Source of the DNA: Okamejei kenojei | Taxonomy: Eukaryota | Assembly: GCA_035221665.1 (NCBI GenBank) | Contig: CM069135.1 | Span: forward strand, 86,118,001-86,182,000 | DNA: 64,000 nt | Direction: 5' to 3' | In this document: positions 62,001-64,000 of the stretch, in pieces | Layout of the letters: every line of letters begins with the position of its first letter | Position numbering within the stretch: the first letter of the stretch is position 1 | The notes under the pieces: generated by a model | The model's input: only the letters and a program-made list of their open reading frames with translations | Database searches by the model: none | What the model was told of the DNA's origin: nothing | Position numbers and translations under genes: made by a program

Positions 62001-62353
62001 CCAGGTCGCATTAGCTTCTCATTTTCAGCCAACAAACAGATAACAATGGCCTGTTTCTTTTATCATCGTCACTTTTTTTTGCATATCCTTCATTGTCTAT
62101 TGTCTACCATAATAAACTGTGCAAAAACTTGGATTTTTTTCTTCTTTCATTTCCACACATAGAATGAATTCCGTTGTGAATGTGTAATTAAATTGTAACC
62201 ATTGGAATTGTTTTTGACCACCTGAAACTACAATTCAAAAGTTGTGCCTTTCAGAAGTTTATCAAATGGCTGACATAAATGTTGGACAGAAGGGAAATAT
62301 GCTGAAGCCAATGGTGACGAATAGGCAATTTTTAAAGAGAGAAACTGGAGTTA

Positions 62354-62836
62354 TGAGCCTGCCCCACTTAGATGATTTTTTCGGCGACTACCGGTGACTG
62401 TCAGAGTCGCAGCAGGTCGCCGAAAGAACGGCGACTGGACTAATGGGCCTATCACACTTAGGCGATTTTTTAGGCAACTGTCAGCGAATACGACATTGAA
62501 ATTCACCAGTCAGCACCGGCGCCAACCTATGTCATCTGGCGACAACCTACAATATCCTGTCGACAACTGACGACATCCTGGCGACTGCCTACATTAACCT
62601 GGCGACAACCTACGACCGCACCTACGCTCATTTGGCATCGAACCCAAGGTCGCCACTGTCGCCGAAAAATGTTCAACATTTTTATAAACATGTTGCAAAA
62701 ATCTTCGGCTACCATAGAAAGATGCTATGACTCTTTGGGCGACTGAGAAGACTACTCACAACCATATGGGCGACACCCCAGCGACCGCATAGTCTCCTAT
62801 ATTCGCCTAAAAAGTCACCTAAGTAGGACAGGCCCA
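62354..62836. mobile_element. PIF/Harbinger-type MITE with a second internal left end (62444), inserted in an old CR1
   Basis: TTA|TGAGCCTGCCCCACTTAG … CTAAGTAGGACAGGCCCA|TTA; same family as 52930-53627. Confidence 0.82.
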
Positions 62837-62839
62837 TTA

Positions 62840-63200
62840 TTCTCTCTAGAGTAAAGGTTTACAGGAGATTTGATAGAGGAGTTAAAGATTATGATGAGTT
62901 TACATTTGGCAATAGTGAGAACCTGTTTCTGTTAGCCCATGAATTAGTGCCTGGAGGACACAAATATAACACAAAGGACAAATCATACAAGAGGTGACAT
63001 GAGGAAAAGCCTCTTCAAACACAACATATGACAATAATCTGGAACTCTTTGCTTCTACGGGTAGAAATAGTCAATCAATGCTTTTGAAAAGGAACTGAAT
63101 AAACATGAAGGGAAGTGGTGTGGGCTATTGGGAAAGAATTAGAGAATGGAACTGATGAGATTGCTCAACATTCAGGTGCTATGGATTTTGTTGGTGAAAC
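62840..63200 (+). mobile_element. Old CR1 3' fragment
   Basis: Degenerate GDLIE…IWNSL motifs. Confidence 0.6.
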
Positions 63201-63627
63201 AACACTGTGCTTCAATTCTGTTTTATTTAATCCACTCTAGCTGAAAGAATTTTCCCTTGGCTTGTAATAACTAATGTTAGCAACAGGAGCTAATACAGGT
63301 AATAACACAGTGAACTGTTAAGACCTTTCTTTCAAAAGAACATGTTATTTTTGCTCAGCCTGCCAAGGTCTGCTTTGTCTCCTGGCAGCTAATCATTTAA
63401 ACTCCTCTTCCTTTTCCTATACCAACCTTTCAAATGATTTACCAATTATAAGCAGTAACAACTTCCACGGCCCCCTCCCTCACCCCTACACTGCTTTTCT
63501 TTCTTCTGCTCCCATACATACATAGGTGCGCACAACATTTATTCCCCTCCTTCCACCACCCTACACACTATGCCGCTTTCCACTCATTTGTGCTCTCATA
63601 TCCCATCCCCGAGTCCCAATTGTCACT

Positions 63628-63987
63628 TTTAGTGAAAGGCTTGGATAGAGTGGATGTGGAGAGGATGTTTCCACTCCTGGGAGAGTCGAGGACTAGAGGT
63701 CATGGCCTCAGAATTAAAGGACGTTCCTTTAGGAAGGAGACAAGGAGGAATTTCTTTAGACAGAGGGTGGTGAATCTGTGGAATTCATTGCCACAGAAGG
63801 CTGTGGAGGCCAAGTCAGTAGATAATTTTAAGGCAGAAACAGGTGGATTCTTGATTAGTACGGGTGTCAGGGGTTATGGGGAGAAGGCAGGAGAATGGGG
63901 TTAGGTGGGATAGATCAGCCATGATTGAATAGCAGGGTAGACATGATGGGCCGAATGGCCTAATTCCGCTCCTGTCACTTATGACCT
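63628..63987 (+). mobile_element. CR1 3' end
   Basis: VKGLDRVDVERMFPLLGESRTRGHGLRIKG…RVVNLWNSLPQK…GYGEKAGEWG* and 3' UTR. Confidence 0.92.
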
Positions 63988-64000
63988 TAATCACCCCTTC

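Noticed and set aside
61423-62014. ORFs with a 16-aa repeat (QAGCKATKFKCSF) and a Pro/Ser/Leu tail
   Set aside because: Frames stay open only because of the 48-bp minisatellite and the CT tract

Overview
Repeat-rich, non-coding vertebrate genomic DNA, most likely from a cartilaginous fish such as a skate or ray (inferred from HE1-type V-SINEs paired with HER1/CR1 LINE tails). No host protein-coding exon could be supported; the recognisable ORFs are transposon remnants and the remaining short ORFs look like chance. Contents: many CR1-clade LINE fragments, Rex1/Babar LINE fragments, about 14 HE1 V-SINE copies, Penelope-like element (PLE) 3' fragments and fold-backs with minimal hammerhead motifs, five PIF/Harbinger-type MITEs with TWA target duplications, one full-length decayed DD34E Tc1 transposon and three copies of a CpG-rich non-coding element with a Rex1-like tail. 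Several repeat-free blocks with Pbx-Hox/Meis motif grammar suggest a regulatory desert or large intron. The most striking item is a 200-bp TSD-flanked, (GAA)n-tailed short retroposon at 4203-4402 that begins with a nearly complete HDV-like ribozyme fold. Boundaries of decayed repeats are approximate and were read by eye.
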